Below the pieces are notes generated by a model that was given only the letters and a program-made list of their open reading frames with translations, ran no database searches and had not been told where the DNA came from. From assembly GCF_009914755.1 (NCBI RefSeq), contig NC_060926.1: DNA of 64,000 nucleotides; one strand, given 5' to 3'. Positions 20,226-35,591 of this stretch are shown here, piece after piece. Source of the stretch: the human T2T-CHM13v2.0 reference genome, Homo sapiens. The position numbers were made by a program, and so were the translations under genes. Numbering within the stretch: position 1 is the stretch's first letter; each line of letters begins with the position of its first letter.

Positions 20226-21304
20226 GGAAGAACTTAAGAACATCTAAGAAATTTAAGAGATTATTCTGTTTTCTCGACCAATCTAGCTTGATAACATTTT
20301 TGTTTTCTTTTGAAGTATTTAATTTTCACGATATGAATAGGTAGCATTTTTTCTCTTTTTTGATGATAAAATAACACCTTTCCATTGTTAACATGTGTTT
20401 TTAGTGTTTAAAACATGCAAGCCAGTGCATCCAAACTTAACAGTTTCTGGTATGTTTTAAATCTAATTAGATCATTGTAAGACTCAAGGTAAAATATGAA
20501 AAACATAAATTATTGAATAATAAAAGTATGAATTTAGTTCTTAGTTACAAATCTAATTTTGACAAAAAAATCTTACACAGTGGAAGTCTGTAAAATAAAA
20601 CATGGAGCTGTGTATAATGTGCAAGAAATTCACTTTAGGTGAATCTTAAAGGTGCTGAACTTCGGGTACTTCAATTAAATAATCATTACAATACTTCATT
20701 TACAGAAATACACAGCTGCTGGGTCTGCATGAAAAATAAAATGGAGGTTTCTACACATGTCTGAACAGAAAATAAAGCACCAATGAGTTTTTTTTTAGGA
20801 GAGGAAAAAAATCGGTTGTTCTTTATAAGTAAAAAATATGTAAGAAAAAAACCCTATTGTGAATATGGTCATAACGGACCATTTGCCAAACAACTGGCAC
20901 TTCTCCTTGTTTAGCCTTCACCTGATATCTCAGAAACAAAGCTGAATCAAGGACTTGCTGCTCGAAACTGTCATTATGACCATTATAATCCAATTAATCA
21001 TGCTGTGTTTGCCTTGCTTTTGAGAGCTAAGGTACCATTTTCTAAGGTTAAAAGGAAGGCATCTTCTGTGGGGGTAAAAATATTCAATGATAATTTGCTG
21101 TGCAGTAAAAATAGAGATGAACCCATTAGACAACCACACACAGTCACTGTAACAGCCAGTCCTTCCCCGAGTTAACTAAGCACCAAAATAAAGTTAGCTT
21201 TCAGTATAGAGAAAGTGCACAAAAACATATAAATTCTCAATTTGTATTGCACACATCCTCAATTAGAAAAAGGAAACTAAATGATAAAATTATAAAAGAT
21301 AATA

Positions 21305-21400
21305 TTTGGTTTGTGCAAAAGTTATTGTGGTTTTTGCCATTGAAAGTAATGACAAAATATAATATAAATATATTTTGTCATAAATATCTATATGACACCA
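21305..21400. mobile_element. MADE1 mariner MITE with a rearranged right arm
   Basis: tttggtttgtgcaaaagttattgtggtttttgccattgaaagtaatgacaaaa. Confidence 0.8.
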
Positions 21401-21474
21401 AAAAAAATGGAAGAATATGAATGTTTACCACTGAAAGATGGTGGAGATAGGAGTAAAAGGCAACTGATGTGTAC

Positions 21475-21590
21475 ACAGTCACTCATTTTACCAAGTGTTT
21501 ATTGATTGCCTTGTATGTGCCAGGCATATTTTGGGTTGGGGATACTATATAAACAAAACAGACATGGATCCTGCCCTCAAAGCATTTGAA
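21475..21590 (-). mobile_element. L2 3'-end fragment
   Basis: tcactcattttaccaagtgtttattgattgccttgtatgtgccaggca...cctgccctcaa. Confidence 0.7.
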
Positions 21591-24044
21591 AATGACCTCA
21601 AATTCCTCCCATCAAAACCATCTAGTAGACATTGAAGACCCCTCTGCAATATCCGCATTAAGTGGTTGTTACAAAAACTGTGGATTAGCTTGCTCAACAT
21701 CCATTCCAATTCATTCCTTCAAAAACATTTATGTTCCAGGTTCTAGTCACCAGGCACTGTTTGGAAAATTGTTAGGAATTACAGCAATGAGTAAAACAGT
21801 TTAAAAAAATAACTTTCCTACTGTACAGTTAATGATGAAAAGTTAAAGACTCTCTTGCGAGCTAGAGTTCTAGACTTGATTTAATTTCTACTGATCAGAG
21901 ACACTCACATGAGACTTCAATTTGGAACCGAATTAAGTAGGAATAGGTGGGCAGAGAATGAGGCATCCCTTGGCTGGTGCAGTTCATGGCAGAGGCCATG
22001 TCATTTCAGGGGCTAGAGGTGTTCCCAAAGTTCAGCTAAGGCTTGACCCAGCTTCCCTTACAGTAATTTTATATGGTTAATACCTGGTATAAATTCCTTT
22101 CACTGAAACCAGTTAGAGCTCTTTCTGTTGCCTGCAGCTGACCACAATGGATGTGCCGTTTCTGACCCAATGCTTGTGCCTACTGTTTAGCAGAAATCTC
22201 TCTCTGCTGCTAGGATGGTGTGTGAATCTAAAATACTGACGATTTTTTGTGTGATTACAACATACACAAGAAACAAAAGATGGCAAAAGCTACAATTCCA
22301 TTGCTTTTTTAACATTCTCTCTTTCCAATAATGAGCCAAATGTGTGTATATATATATATATTTTTTAATCTAGACGTTATGCTAATTTGTCCTATCAGTT
22401 TTAACTTCCCTGCTATAAACTGCATGAGCCTGTTGAATTTCTACATTGAACTCCAATTTTCACAACATAAACATTTTGCCCAACTGGATAAGAAGTTACA
22501 GAAAATATGAATATTCGACAAGTGCATGCCCTGAGGTCAGCAATCTATATCTAAATAGTGCTGGACACATAATTTAGATGACAGGAAAACATGGATTTGC
22601 CATATAAACAAAAATATTTCTAAGCTTCAAAGGTTATTAAGAAGGTAATGCTAATAGCTTGGTTGGAAAACTGATACGCTTATTTCAGGAAGTCTGTATT
22701 TCCCAGCATAAAATGTTCCTTTGAGTCTAAAGTCAAAATAACATCATGCAGGTGTTTACAATTTAATCACAGCAAACTCTGTTCATAAAGAGATGAGATA
22801 GTTTAATCACACACTAGGCTGTGATATGCTCATTGAAATTGGACACAATTTTAAATATCAGATATGATACTTGATTTTGGAAAACACTTGGAAAATGGGC
22901 CAAGAATGTTTCTCCAGTGGAAATAAGAAAGGTGGCATGCAAATGTTTAAGAATCTTTTAAGGTTACTGAAGAATAATTGTTAATCACATGATTTGATAA
23001 ATTGAGACAGAAGATTCTACTTTGTAGGTACTATAAAATGGGATGGGTTAATTGCTTTCAGAGAGCATTTAGAAGTGGTTCTGCATAAGAGTAAAAAAAT
23101 GAATTAGACAGTTTATTTTGATTTGCAACTCTATAAAACATTTAGGAAATAAAACCATCTTGAACCATTTGGCAGGAAGTAATGTTTTCCTTCTTGAACT
23201 CCCAACTTACTTTGTAAATTTTTTCATGACTCTATCATGGTCTTCCTAGAATTATCGTATTCATGTAAATATCTGTTCTTTTTCCATAAGCCAATAAGCC
23301 TCTCAAAGGCAGGTATCATCTTAACACCTAGATGGTTCTTGACAACACAGCCTTGCAAAGCATGTGTCACTAAATATTGGTTGATAAAGATAAAATCATC
23401 TTTGTGTAGATTAAATTCTTACTTTAATTCCTAAAGTACAAAATTTCTACTTTCCAGCAGGGCAGCAAAGTCAGCAGGAATGCTGGGCAGGATTGTCCAT
23501 GTCTCCAAATTGTGAAATATCCAGTCCCCCAGTTGGCCTTCCTGGAAGAATCCTGGGGGTCTTAGAGCCCCAGCACTCTGATCCCTCATTGAGTAGGCAA
23601 AGCCTCAACAATTCTGGGGTTCATGTTTGCATCTGTCAAGTGTGCATGTGTTGAACTCATGATAGGCACTGTAGAAAGCAAGGCTGTCATGTGAACGTGG
23701 GAACACACCACGGGTGCTGGGGACATGGTGAAGGGACATTGTGTGATCAATCATAGCATCCAGGTTTAAATTTCACACACACCCCCAAAACACTGTTCAG
23801 GTCATAGAAACCATAGCTGAAGGGTTGCCAGATTTTCACTTCTAAAAAGCAACCTAGACAAATATAATCTCATGTCCTTACACAGGAGAAGACGGAGGTG
23901 ATACCTGTGAGAACAGCGGGCAGAGTTAACCAGTGGGACTTGGGTGCTGAAGTAGGAGGACAAGTGAGCTGGGTCCCTGAAGAGAAGGGCTACATAGAGC
24001 AGAGGGCATGGATGAAGGCGAGGATGAGGGGCTAGGACTAGGAG

Positions 24045-24162
24045 GTGCCTCAGCTTCCTTACATCTAATGCAAGGATACTAACACTACCTTCCTCACAGG
24101 GACAGTGTTATGACTAACAGAGATAAAACCTTTAAGGTACTCAGTACAGTGCTCAATTAATG
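24045..24162. mobile_element. MIR
   Basis: gcctcagcttccttacatct...taccttcctcacaggg...gtactcagtacagtgctcaat core. Confidence 0.7.
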
Positions 24163-24170
24163 CCATTGAA

Positions 24171-24498
<328 letters not shown>

Positions 24499-24686
24499 TA
24501 ATGTTCTTGAAAATTTTTAATGTTATATATAATGTGTGTTGTTTATATGCACATATATGTATAATTTATGTTATTCTCTGTTGTATTTCTTAGAATTGCA
24601 TCCCATGGTCTCTCTCAATCAATACTCTTTCTCTGATGGAGACACAAGAGATATGTCGCTCTTACCTTTGCTTCCTCAAAAGATCA

Positions 24687-25407
<721 letters not shown>

Positions 25408-25887
25408 CTACTGACTTATATTTTCAGGCTGCATCCACTTCTTAGGGACAATGTGATTTTTAAGTTGCCTCCCTGCTGTGTAATGTGGTACTTCCTCTCT
25501 TTTATGCTTGAAGCAGCCTCACTTCGGTTCTAGTTTTTGAAATTTGATTAAGTCTTATTCATTTTCACCATGCTCTTAATGATTTTATTGATTTTAGTTA
25601 TATTCCTTATTCACGTTCATTTCTTTCATTCAGAAAGTCCTGTTATCCTGAATAAATCCAGTCTATAATTGTGGTCATTCAGTTCTCTTTTGCTAGATCT
25701 TCTTTACCTCTACTCTGTTCATCACAGGGGAGTCCCGCACTGACTCCAAATCCATGAATGAAAGAGATGTCCATAACACCATAGAAATTGTCTACACACT
25801 GTTATTTCAAATAGAGGAAGCACTCACAATCCCATCACCATTTCACAACAACTACTTTCATTGTCTACAAGCACTTTTAGGGGGCTG

Positions 25888-26005
25888 TTTGTTTGTTTGC
25901 TTTTTGAGATGGGATCCCACTATGTTGCCCAGGCTGCTTTCAAACCGCTGGGGTCAAGCCTTCTTAGGTATCTGGAACTACAAACGCACACTACTGTGCC
26001 TGGCC
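25888..26005 (-). mobile_element. Degenerate FLAM/Alu monomer
   Basis: tttgagatgggatcccactatgttgcccaggctg...actactgtgcctggcc. Confidence 0.7.
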
Positions 26006-26590
26006 TGCACTTTAAAAAATAATAATAATAACAAAGTCTATGTAAAGTAATTACAAACATGGCCAAAGAAACACTGACCTTAAGCATATTGTCTCTGAAC
26101 CTGGGTATGTTCGAAGTCATTTTCAATGCACAGCAAGTGGTATGATCAATCTACCTTTAGGTTTCATGTAAATTTGTTTTACTTTTGACAGCTAAACTTG
26201 GAGAAATGATGCTTCAAGCATCACAACAGCATTGACTGACAGCTCCCTAAGTGTTGTATCTTTTATAGCAAACATAATTGACAGCTCATAGCTAAAGAGC
26301 TGCATATGTGTATGGGTTTGGTCCACGCTGAGCACAGTGAAAAAAAATCAAAGAAGATACTTGCTGTATTTGTTTTTTATTAAGATTCAATTAACATGGT
26401 AAAATATATGCATCTTGGGATAGATTTACTTGTAGGCTAGGACAGGTTCCATTTTGAATAGTATAGAAGCTTAATATATAGCAATTATATACTAAAATTA
26501 CCTCTAATAAATACTTTTAAATTTCAGTGAAATTTACATTATTCATTTTCTTACCCCGTATATATTTATTTAGCTGGGAGTGGTCTAGAT

Positions 26591-26931
26591 CAGCAGTTCC
26601 CAACCTTTTTGGCACTAGGAACCGGTTTCATGGAAGACAATTTTTCCACCAATGGTGTTTGGCGGAAGGTTTCAGGATGAAACTGTTCCACTTCAGATCA
26701 TCGGGCATTAGTTAGATTCTCATAAGGAGCACGCAACCCAGGTCCCTCGCATATGCAGTTCACAATAGGGTTCTCACTCCCATGAGAATCTAATGCCACC
26801 ACTGATCTGATAGGAGGCAAAGCTCAGGCAGTAACGCTGGCTCATCTGCCACTGACCCACTTCTGTGTGGCCCGATTCCTGATAGGCCATGGACCAGTAC
26901 TGGTCCATGGCCCAGGGGTTGGGGACCTCCG
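26591..26931. mobile_element. MER1B hAT-Charlie element
   Basis: TIRs cagcagttcccaacc...ggttggggacctccg; 8-bp TSD gtctagat/gcctagat (Charlie NTCTAGAN target). Confidence 0.9.
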
Positions 26932-27297
26932 GCCTAGATAATTAGAGAGTTTTCAAGCTGTAGATTTAAATACCACTCAAGCTATCTTTTGTGGGTATCT
27001 TGCTGTGAGGATTGAGTTTAAAAATCTGGCCATTTTAAAAACAAGAATTCTGCAATTCCATTTCTAGGTATATACCCCAAAGAACAGAAAGCAGGGGCTT
27101 GAACGGATATTTGTACATCTATGTTCATAGCAGCATAACTCGTAATAGCCAAAAGGTGGAAACAACCCCAGTGACTATCAGTGGATGAATGAGTAGACAA
27201 ATGTGTATATCTATACAATGGAATATTACTCAGGCTTCAAAAGGAAGAAAATTCTGACAAATGCTACAACATGGATGAACCTTGAAAACATTGTGCT

Positions 27298-28740
27298 AAA
27301 AAGAACAAAGCTGGAGGCATCACATTACCTGACTTCAAACTACACTGTAAGGCTACAGTAACCAAAACAACATAGTACTGGTACAAAAACAGACACATAG
27401 ATCAATGGAACAGAATAGAAAACCCAGAAATGAAACCACACACCTACAATTATCTGATCTTCAACAAAGCTGACAAAAATAAGCAATGGAGAAAGGAATC
27501 CCTATTCAAGAAATGGTGCTGGGTTAACTGGCTAGCCATATGCAGAAGAATAAAATTGGACTCCTACCTTTCACCATATAAAAAATTAACTCAAGAGGGA
27601 TTAAAGATTTAAGTGTAAGACCTCAAACTATAAAAATCCTAGAAGAAAATCTAGAAAATACCATTTTGGACATTGGCCTTAGATAAGAATTTATCTCTAA
27701 GTCCTCAAAAGCAATTGCACCAAAGCAAAAATTGACAAGTAGGACCTAATTAAACTAAAGAGCTTCTGTACAGCAAAATAAACTATCAACAGAGTAAACA
27801 GACAATTTACAGAATGGGTAAAATTTTCACAAACTGCACTTGACAAAGGACTAATATCCAAAATTTATAAGAAACATATTTCAGCAAGCAAAAAACAAAT
27901 AACCACATTAAAAAGTGGGCAAAAGCATAACAGGCGCTTCCCAGAAGAAGACATACAACTGGTCAACAAATATATGAAAAAGTGCTCAACATCACTAATC
28001 ATCAGAGAAATGCAAATCAAAATGACAATGAGATACCATCTCATGCCAGTCAGAATGGCTATTATTAAAAACTCAAAAAATAACAGATGTTGGTGAGGCC
28101 GCAGAGAAAAGGGAATGCTTATAACCTGTTGGTGGGAATGTAAATTTGTTTAGCCACTGTGGAAAGTAGTTTAGAGATTTCTCAAAGAACTGAAAATAGA
28201 ACTATAATCTGACCCAGCACTCCCATTACCGGGTATATGTCAAAAGGAAAAGAAATCATTCTACCAAAAAGACAGTATGTTAATTGCAGTACTTTTTACA
28301 ATAGCAAAGACATGGAATCAATCTGGATGCCTGCCAACAGTGGAGGGCTAAAGAAAATGTGGTACATATACACATGGAATACTATGCAGCCATAAAAGAG
28401 GAACAAAATCATGTCCTTTGCAGCACCATGGATGCAGCTGGAGGCCATTATCCTGAGTGAACTTACGCAGAAACAGAATACCAAATACTTCATGTTCTCA
28501 CCTATAAGTAGAAGCTAAACGTTGGGTACACATGGACATAAAGTTGGGAACAACAGACACTGGGGACTACTAGAGGGAGGAAAGAGGGAAGGGGGTAAGG
28601 ACTGAAAAATTACCTGTTAGGAACTATGCTCAGTGCCTGGGTGATGGGATTATTCATACCTCAGGCCTCAGCATCACATAATATATCCATATAACAAACC
28701 TGCACATGTACCACCAGATCTAAATAAAAGTTGGAAAAAA
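27298..28740 (+). mobile_element. 5'-truncated L1PA15/16-like element
   Basis: aagaacaaagctggaggcatcacattacctgacttc...; 3'UTR gacactggggactactagagg...cctgcacatgtacc...aataaaagttgg. Confidence 0.85.
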
Positions 28741-28906
28741 ATGGCAAAATGAAAAAAAATTATGCATAGTGAAACAAGTCAGATACAAAAGGACAAATAT
28801 CGTATATGATTCCACTTATATAAGGTACATAAAACAGTCAAACTCATAGAGACAGAAAGTAGAAGGTTGGGTGTCAGGGGCTAGAGAAAGGAGTTTGGGG
28901 AGTTAG

Positions 28907-29194
<288 letters not shown>

Positions 29195-29650
29195 GGGAGT
29201 TAGTGTTTAATAGGTACAGAGTTGCAGTTTGGGAGAATGGAAAAATTCTGGAAATAGATGGTGGCAATGCTTCTACAACAAAGTGAAGGTACTTAACGCC
29301 ACTGAATTGTATACTCAAAAATGGTTAAAATGGTAAATACTATGTTATATATTTTTATCACAGTAATAATAATAAAAAGTGTACAGGAATCTGCCAGATG
29401 AACAAGATGGAAAAGAACATTGCCAGTGAATTAAATATAATGAAATCTGACCTATTAATAAATTAAATATTGTAAACTAAAACAAACAAACCAAAATAAG
29501 AATCTTGAATTATTCAAAGGGCTTTGTGCTGGGTCTCACATCCAGAAACAATATGTTTTTATAGTGACCCAAAAATTTGCATTGCTAACAAGTTCCCAGG
29601 TATACAAGTTATCTATTGCTGCATAACAAATTGTCCCACATTTTAGAGGC

Positions 29651-30070
29651 TGACATGGTTCAGATCTGTGTCCGTCCCTGCCCAAATCTCATGTTGCATT
29701 GTTATCTCCAATGTTGGAAGTGGGCCTGGTAAAAGGCGACTGGATCATGAGAACAGATTTCTCACAAATGGTTTAGGACCATGAACTTGGTACTGTTCTC
29801 ACAATAGCGAGTGAGTTCTCAGGAGATCTGGCGGTTTAAACGTGTGTGGCATCTTCCTACTCTCTGTCTTCCTCCTGCTCTGGGTGTCTGTTCCGCCTTC
29901 ACCTTCTGCCATGATTCTCAGTTTTCTGAGGCCTCCCCAGAAGCCAAGCAGATGCCAGCATCATGCTTCCTGTACAACCTGAGGAACCATGAGCCAATTA
30001 GGCTTCTTTTCTTTATAAATTACTCAGTCTCAGGTATTTCTTTATAGCAATGCAAGAACAGCCTAATACA
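29651..30070 (+). mobile_element. MSTA MaLR solo LTR
   Basis: tgacatggtt...cccaaatctcatgttg...ttctttatagcaatgcaagaacagcctaataca; 5-bp TSD gaggc/gtggc. Confidence 0.88.
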
Positions 30071-30506
30071 GTGGCTTAAAACAATGTTAATTATCTCACA
30101 GTTTCTGTGGTCCAAGTGCCTGAAATCAGTGGTTCTGGCTCAGGATCTCTCACAAGGTGGCAAGCAAGATGTTGACAGAGGCTGCAGTCACAGAAATCTG
30201 TGGCTGGGGGACCCACTTCCGAGATGGCTTATTGACATGGCTGTCAGCAAAAGGTTTGAATCCTCACTAGGTAGGCCTCTCATAGGGCTGTCTCGGGCAT
30301 GACATCTGAGTTCTCCCAGAGTAGTTCCTTCAGCAGAGAAAGAGAGCAAGCAGGAAGCCACAGAACTTTTTGTGACTAGTATCCAAAGTTATACACCAAG
30401 ACTTCCACTTTCTTCTGTTTTTCAGAGACAGGTTGTTAAATTCAGCTCATGCTCAGGAAAAAAGGTTCTACCTTTTGAAGAGAGAAATATCAAAGAAATT
30501 GGTGGA

Positions 30507-30976
30507 TGTAAGAGTTAAAGACAGAGGAAAAGTGGCTCAACAGTCAAAGACAGGTTTATTCTGGAGAATAAACCTGAGAGGGGCTTCTCGCCAGTTTTGA
30601 TCAGGCATACTCTCTCTTACAGACTAAATGTATTTAAGGGTTCAGGCAGAGAGCTTATCACAGGTTGGAATGTTGCTGTGTGGAGGAGAAGTTTATTGTG
30701 GGGTTGGAATGTCTCTGGTCGGAGGGGAGGTTATCTTGGAGCTGACATCTCTCCGACTGGAGGGGAGGTTATTTCAGGGCTGGCATGTCTCTGGTCGGGG
30801 AGGGGTTTATTTTAGGGTTGGAATGTTTCTGGTTGGAGATGTCATTTGTGGTTTATGGTCATGCTCACATTAGCTATTAGACTGATGCCCTTTGGGTTGG
30901 ATTTAGGTGGTTTTTGATCAAGTGGAACTTTAAAATGGCCGTGCTTGTCGAAGATGGCAATGATCCTGCTCTGTCA
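30507..30976 (-). mobile_element. ERV1 solo LTR (LTR19-like) with internal ~37-bp tandem repeats
   Basis: TG...CA ends; exact 5-bp TSD gtgga; minus strand begins tgacagagcaggatcattgccatctt. Confidence 0.75.
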
Positions 30977-31004
30977 GTGGACTTTTAAAGCCCATACACT
31001 AGAT

Positions 31005-31428
31005 GTATTCCTGAGTCTGCTGTAACAAAGTACCATACACTAAATGGTTTAAACAACAGAGATTTATTGTCTCACATTTCTAGAGGCTAGAGAGCCAAGA
31101 TCAAGATATCAACAGGATAGATTTCCCGTGAGGCCTGTGAGAGAGAATCTGTTCCAGGTCTCTTTCCCAGCTTATGGTAGCCTTGAGTGATTCTTTGCTT
31201 GAGGTTGGCCATCTTTTTCCTGTATCTTCACATTGCTTTCCCTCTCTATGTGTTTGACTTTGTGCCCAAATTTCCTTTTTTGTAAGGATGTGTCCTATTG
31301 AATTAGGGCTCATCCTAATCACTCTATATAACATAATTATTTCTGTAAAGACCTTATGTCCAAGTCAAGTCACATTAGGAGGTATAGCAGGTGGGACTCT
31401 ACCATCTTTTTGTTGGACACAGTTTAAC
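31005..31428 (-). mobile_element. MLT1B/C MaLR LTR
   Basis: ctgctgtaacaaagtaccatacactaaatggtttaaacaacagagatttattgtctcac...gtaaagaccttatgtccaa. Confidence 0.8.
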
Positions 31429-32019
31429 CAGGTAATGCTGATGCTCCTGCTCTGGGAACCACCCTTTGAGAATCACTGGTCTAATCTAACTCCCTGATTA
31501 CACTGGTGAGAAATGTAGGGTTCCTCTAAGCTAAATGACATGCAAATGTCAGAGTGATTCTGTGGCAGGGTCAGATGAGAACCCTTATTTCTTGGTCCAC
31601 ATTTAAGGCACTTTTCATAAACCACTCAGTGTTTGGTAATCTTTGACCCAATGTTCTCTGAAGATCTCACTTGTCTGTGGAAACCAGTAAGTCTTTGTGT
31701 TTTTTTCCTAAGCTTAGATTTTTGTATTGATCCCCAAAGTTCTGCAGCTCCAGGGACACTTTTCAGGAATCCTGTAATGCAGGGCAGAGCAAGGGCATAT
31801 CAATTTTTTTGAGGACTACATCATTTAGCTATGCTCACTAGGTAGGAAGAGGGGAGGAGGATGGGGAAGAGGTGATAAAGGAGACAGGAATAAGGAAATA
31901 AGGTATGAGGAACACAGGAGAAAGAAATTACAATTGTGCCAATTTACATTGGTGCCACAGCCTGCCATACCTTTCAGTGTGAGTCAGAGACAGATGCAAG
32001 GTGAAAAACAACTCTTCCT

Positions 32020-32680
32020 GTCAGAAGTATATAAAACAAGTATGTAGCATTTCAAGAATAATGGTAAGTTGCACACTTATGCATCCACCCGTCATCTAAA
32101 GATAAAAAACATTGGCACCTCCTGTACCCTTCTGGAGGCATTCTTCTCCCTTCTCCCAGAGGTATTTACTACCCTGGATTTTGTGTTTATCATTGTCTTG
32201 CTTTTCTTTACAGTTTTACTATGTAGGGATAAACCCTTAAACAATATCTTGCTTAGTTTTGCCTATTTTTTGTAAATGGAATCCTACTGTGGCTATGCAT
32301 ATGTGACTTCCTATCTTTTGCTCTACCTCAACCATATTCATATGTATAGTTAAGGTTCATTCATTGCCATTGCTGTATGGTGCTCCTTTATCCATCCATC
32401 CTCCTATCAACAGACAAGTTATTTTTGTTGTTACCAAAAAAAAATATTGCTATGAACATCCTAATACATGTCTCCTGATGCACTGTGCAAGACCTTCTGC
32501 AGGGTATATATCTAGGAATGTAATCGATGAATTGTTGGGTGTGCTCATCTTAAGTTGAATAGGTTACTAGTTATGTGGTTGATTTCATGAGAGTTGTACC
32601 AATTTACACTAGTATCAGCAGCATCTAATAGCTCCTGCTACCCCACATCTCAACAACACTTGGTGTTAGTACAACATTTT
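32020..32680 (-). mobile_element. Old L1ME 3' fragment
   Basis: tgctatgaacatcctaatacatgtctcctg...gggtatatatctagga...gttgtaccaatttacact. Confidence 0.65.
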
Positions 32681-32806
32681 GATTTTCCTGATGTTCATTT
32701 AACAAGCTGACTTTAGAACAAAACCCTCACATTAGACATGACCCCACTATATTGGATTTTTAGGACCTAGGATTCCCGATGCCTACAATAGGTGCTCCAT
32801 AAGTGA

Positions 32807-33243
<437 letters not shown>

Positions 33244-33349
33244 TAGCAGTGCATTTGTTCCCAAATTCAAAGGTTACACAGGAAATTTAATGCAGGAGTA
33301 CAAGTATTGCTCCCAGAGGTGGAAAATATACTACGTTTGCTTTACTGTA

Positions 33350-34985
33350 CGATCATGCATTCTGAGAAATGTGTCATTAGGTGATTTTGTCACTGTGCAA
33401 ACATCATTGAGTGTAGCCACACAAATCTCAGTGGTGTAGCCTTCTATACATCTTGGCTGTATGGTACAGCCTATTGTTCCCAGGCTACAAATCTGCACAG
33501 CATGTTACCGGAATATTGTAGGCAGCTGTAACTCAATGGTAAGTAAATGTGTATCTAAACATAGAAAAGGTACAGTAAAAATACTGTATAAAAGGTAAAA
33601 ATGGTACATTTGCATAGGACACTTACCATGGACAGAGCTTGCAGGGCTGTAAGTTGGTCTGGGTGAGTCAGTGAGTGAGTGGTAAGTGAATGTGAGGGCC
33701 TAGAACATTACTGTTTACTACTGTAGACTTTACAAACACAATACACTTAGGCTACAATAAATTTATTAAAAAATTACCTTTCTTCAATAAGAAATTCACC
33801 TTAGCTTATTTTAACTTTATAAACTTTTTGATATTTTTAAAGTTTTTAACTCTTTTGTAATAATACTTAGCTTAAAACATAAGCACACTGTACAGGTGTA
33901 CAAAAGCATTTTCTTTCTTTATATTCGTTTTCTTATTCCTTATTCTATAAGACTTTTTCATTCTTTAATTTTTTTTTAGCTTGTTAAACATGTCTGTTAA
34001 AAACAAAGACACAAACACACACATTATCCTATACAGGGTCAGGATCACCAACATCACTATCTTTTACCTCCACAGTGTGTCCCACTGGAAGGTCTTCAGG
34101 AGCAATAAGACGTATGGAGCTCCTATGACAATAATGCCTTCTGGAATATCTCCTGAAGGATCTACCTGAGTTTGTTTTACAGTTAACTTTTTCTTTTTAT
34201 AAGTAGAAGCAGTAGACTCCAAATTAACAATAAAAACTATGAGGTATAGCCTGGTAAATAAATAAACCAGTAACATAGTTCATTATCATGTATTATGTAT
34301 TATACATAATTGTATGTCCTTTAATAGGACTGGCAGTGCATAGATTTGTTTACACTATCATCGCGACAAATGGGTAAGCAATGCGTTGTACTATTGTAGC
34401 AGGATGAGCCGCAGACAACAACCCCTCAGACACCGAGTTGTAGAAGGAAAGGGCTTTATTCAGCTGGGAGCATTGGCAGACTCACGTCTCCAAAAACCAA
34501 GCTCCCCAAGCGAGCAATTTCTGTCCCTTTTAAGGGCTTACAACTCTAAGGGGATCCATATCAGAGGGTCATGATCGATTGAGCAAGCAGGGGGTACCTG
34601 AGTGGGGGCTGCATGCACTGGTAATCAGAATGGAACATAACAGGACAGGGATTTTCACAATGCTTTTCCATACAATGTTTGAAATCTACAGATAACACAA
34701 GCAGTTAGGTCAGGGGTTGATTTTTAACTACCAGGCCCAGGGCCCAGTGCTGGGCTATCTCCCTGTGGATTCCATTTCTGCCTTTTAGTTTGTACTTCTT
34801 TCTTTGGAGGGAGAAATGGGGCATAAGACAATATGAGGGGTGGTATCCTCCCTTACTATGATGTCTTGATGGCTATAAGGTCATTAGGAGATAGGAACTT
34901 TTTAGCTCTATTATAATTTTATGGGACCACTGTCTTATGTGAAGGTCACTGTTGACCGAAACTGCATAATGCAGTGCATGACTGC
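33350..34985. mobile_element. Tigger3b-like (Golem) TcMar-Tigger DNA transposon, interrupted by LTR15
   Basis: ttctgagaaatgtgtcattaggtgattttgtc...catagaaaaggtacagtaaaaatac...gttgaccgaaac...gcatgactg. Confidence 0.82.
34395..34855 (-). mobile_element. LTR15 (ERV1) solo LTR
   Basis: Minus strand begins taagggaggataccacccctcatattgtcttatgccc; 4-bp TSD ctat on both sides. Confidence 0.82.
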
Positions 34986-35232
34986 ATGCTAGTAAAGGAC
35001 TGTGACATGAATTTCAAAAAAGGGAAAAATCTCCACCACTCCTAACCTTAATTTTAGTACTTAGTTCTTATATGGTCCAATATCAATAATTTTTTAATAG
35101 TATAAATCCTGCTTCCACATACTCACTGTTTTCTACTTGGTTAAATTTCCACAATTAAGATTTTAAAAAATTTTTAAATAATCTCACAATGTGTAGGAAC
35201 TGCTGTTTAAAGACATCTATTTTAATGAGCTA

Positions 35233-35560
<328 letters not shown>

Positions 35561-35591
35561 GTCTTGATTCCCAAATGCTAGTTTATCCATC

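Larger units (their letters stand above)
29603..30998 (-). mobile_element. MLT1F-like MaLR LTR, interrupted twice
   Basis: agttatctattgctgcataacaaatt...[MSTA]...ggcttaaaacaatg...atctcacagtttctgtgg. Confidence 0.7.
29530..31480. mobile_element. MER5A split by nested LTRs
   Basis: Left piece ...tgcattgctaacaagttcccaggta (~29600) continues at ~31429 as caggtaatgctgatgctcctgctctgggaaccaccctttgagaatcactg. Confidence 0.7.
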
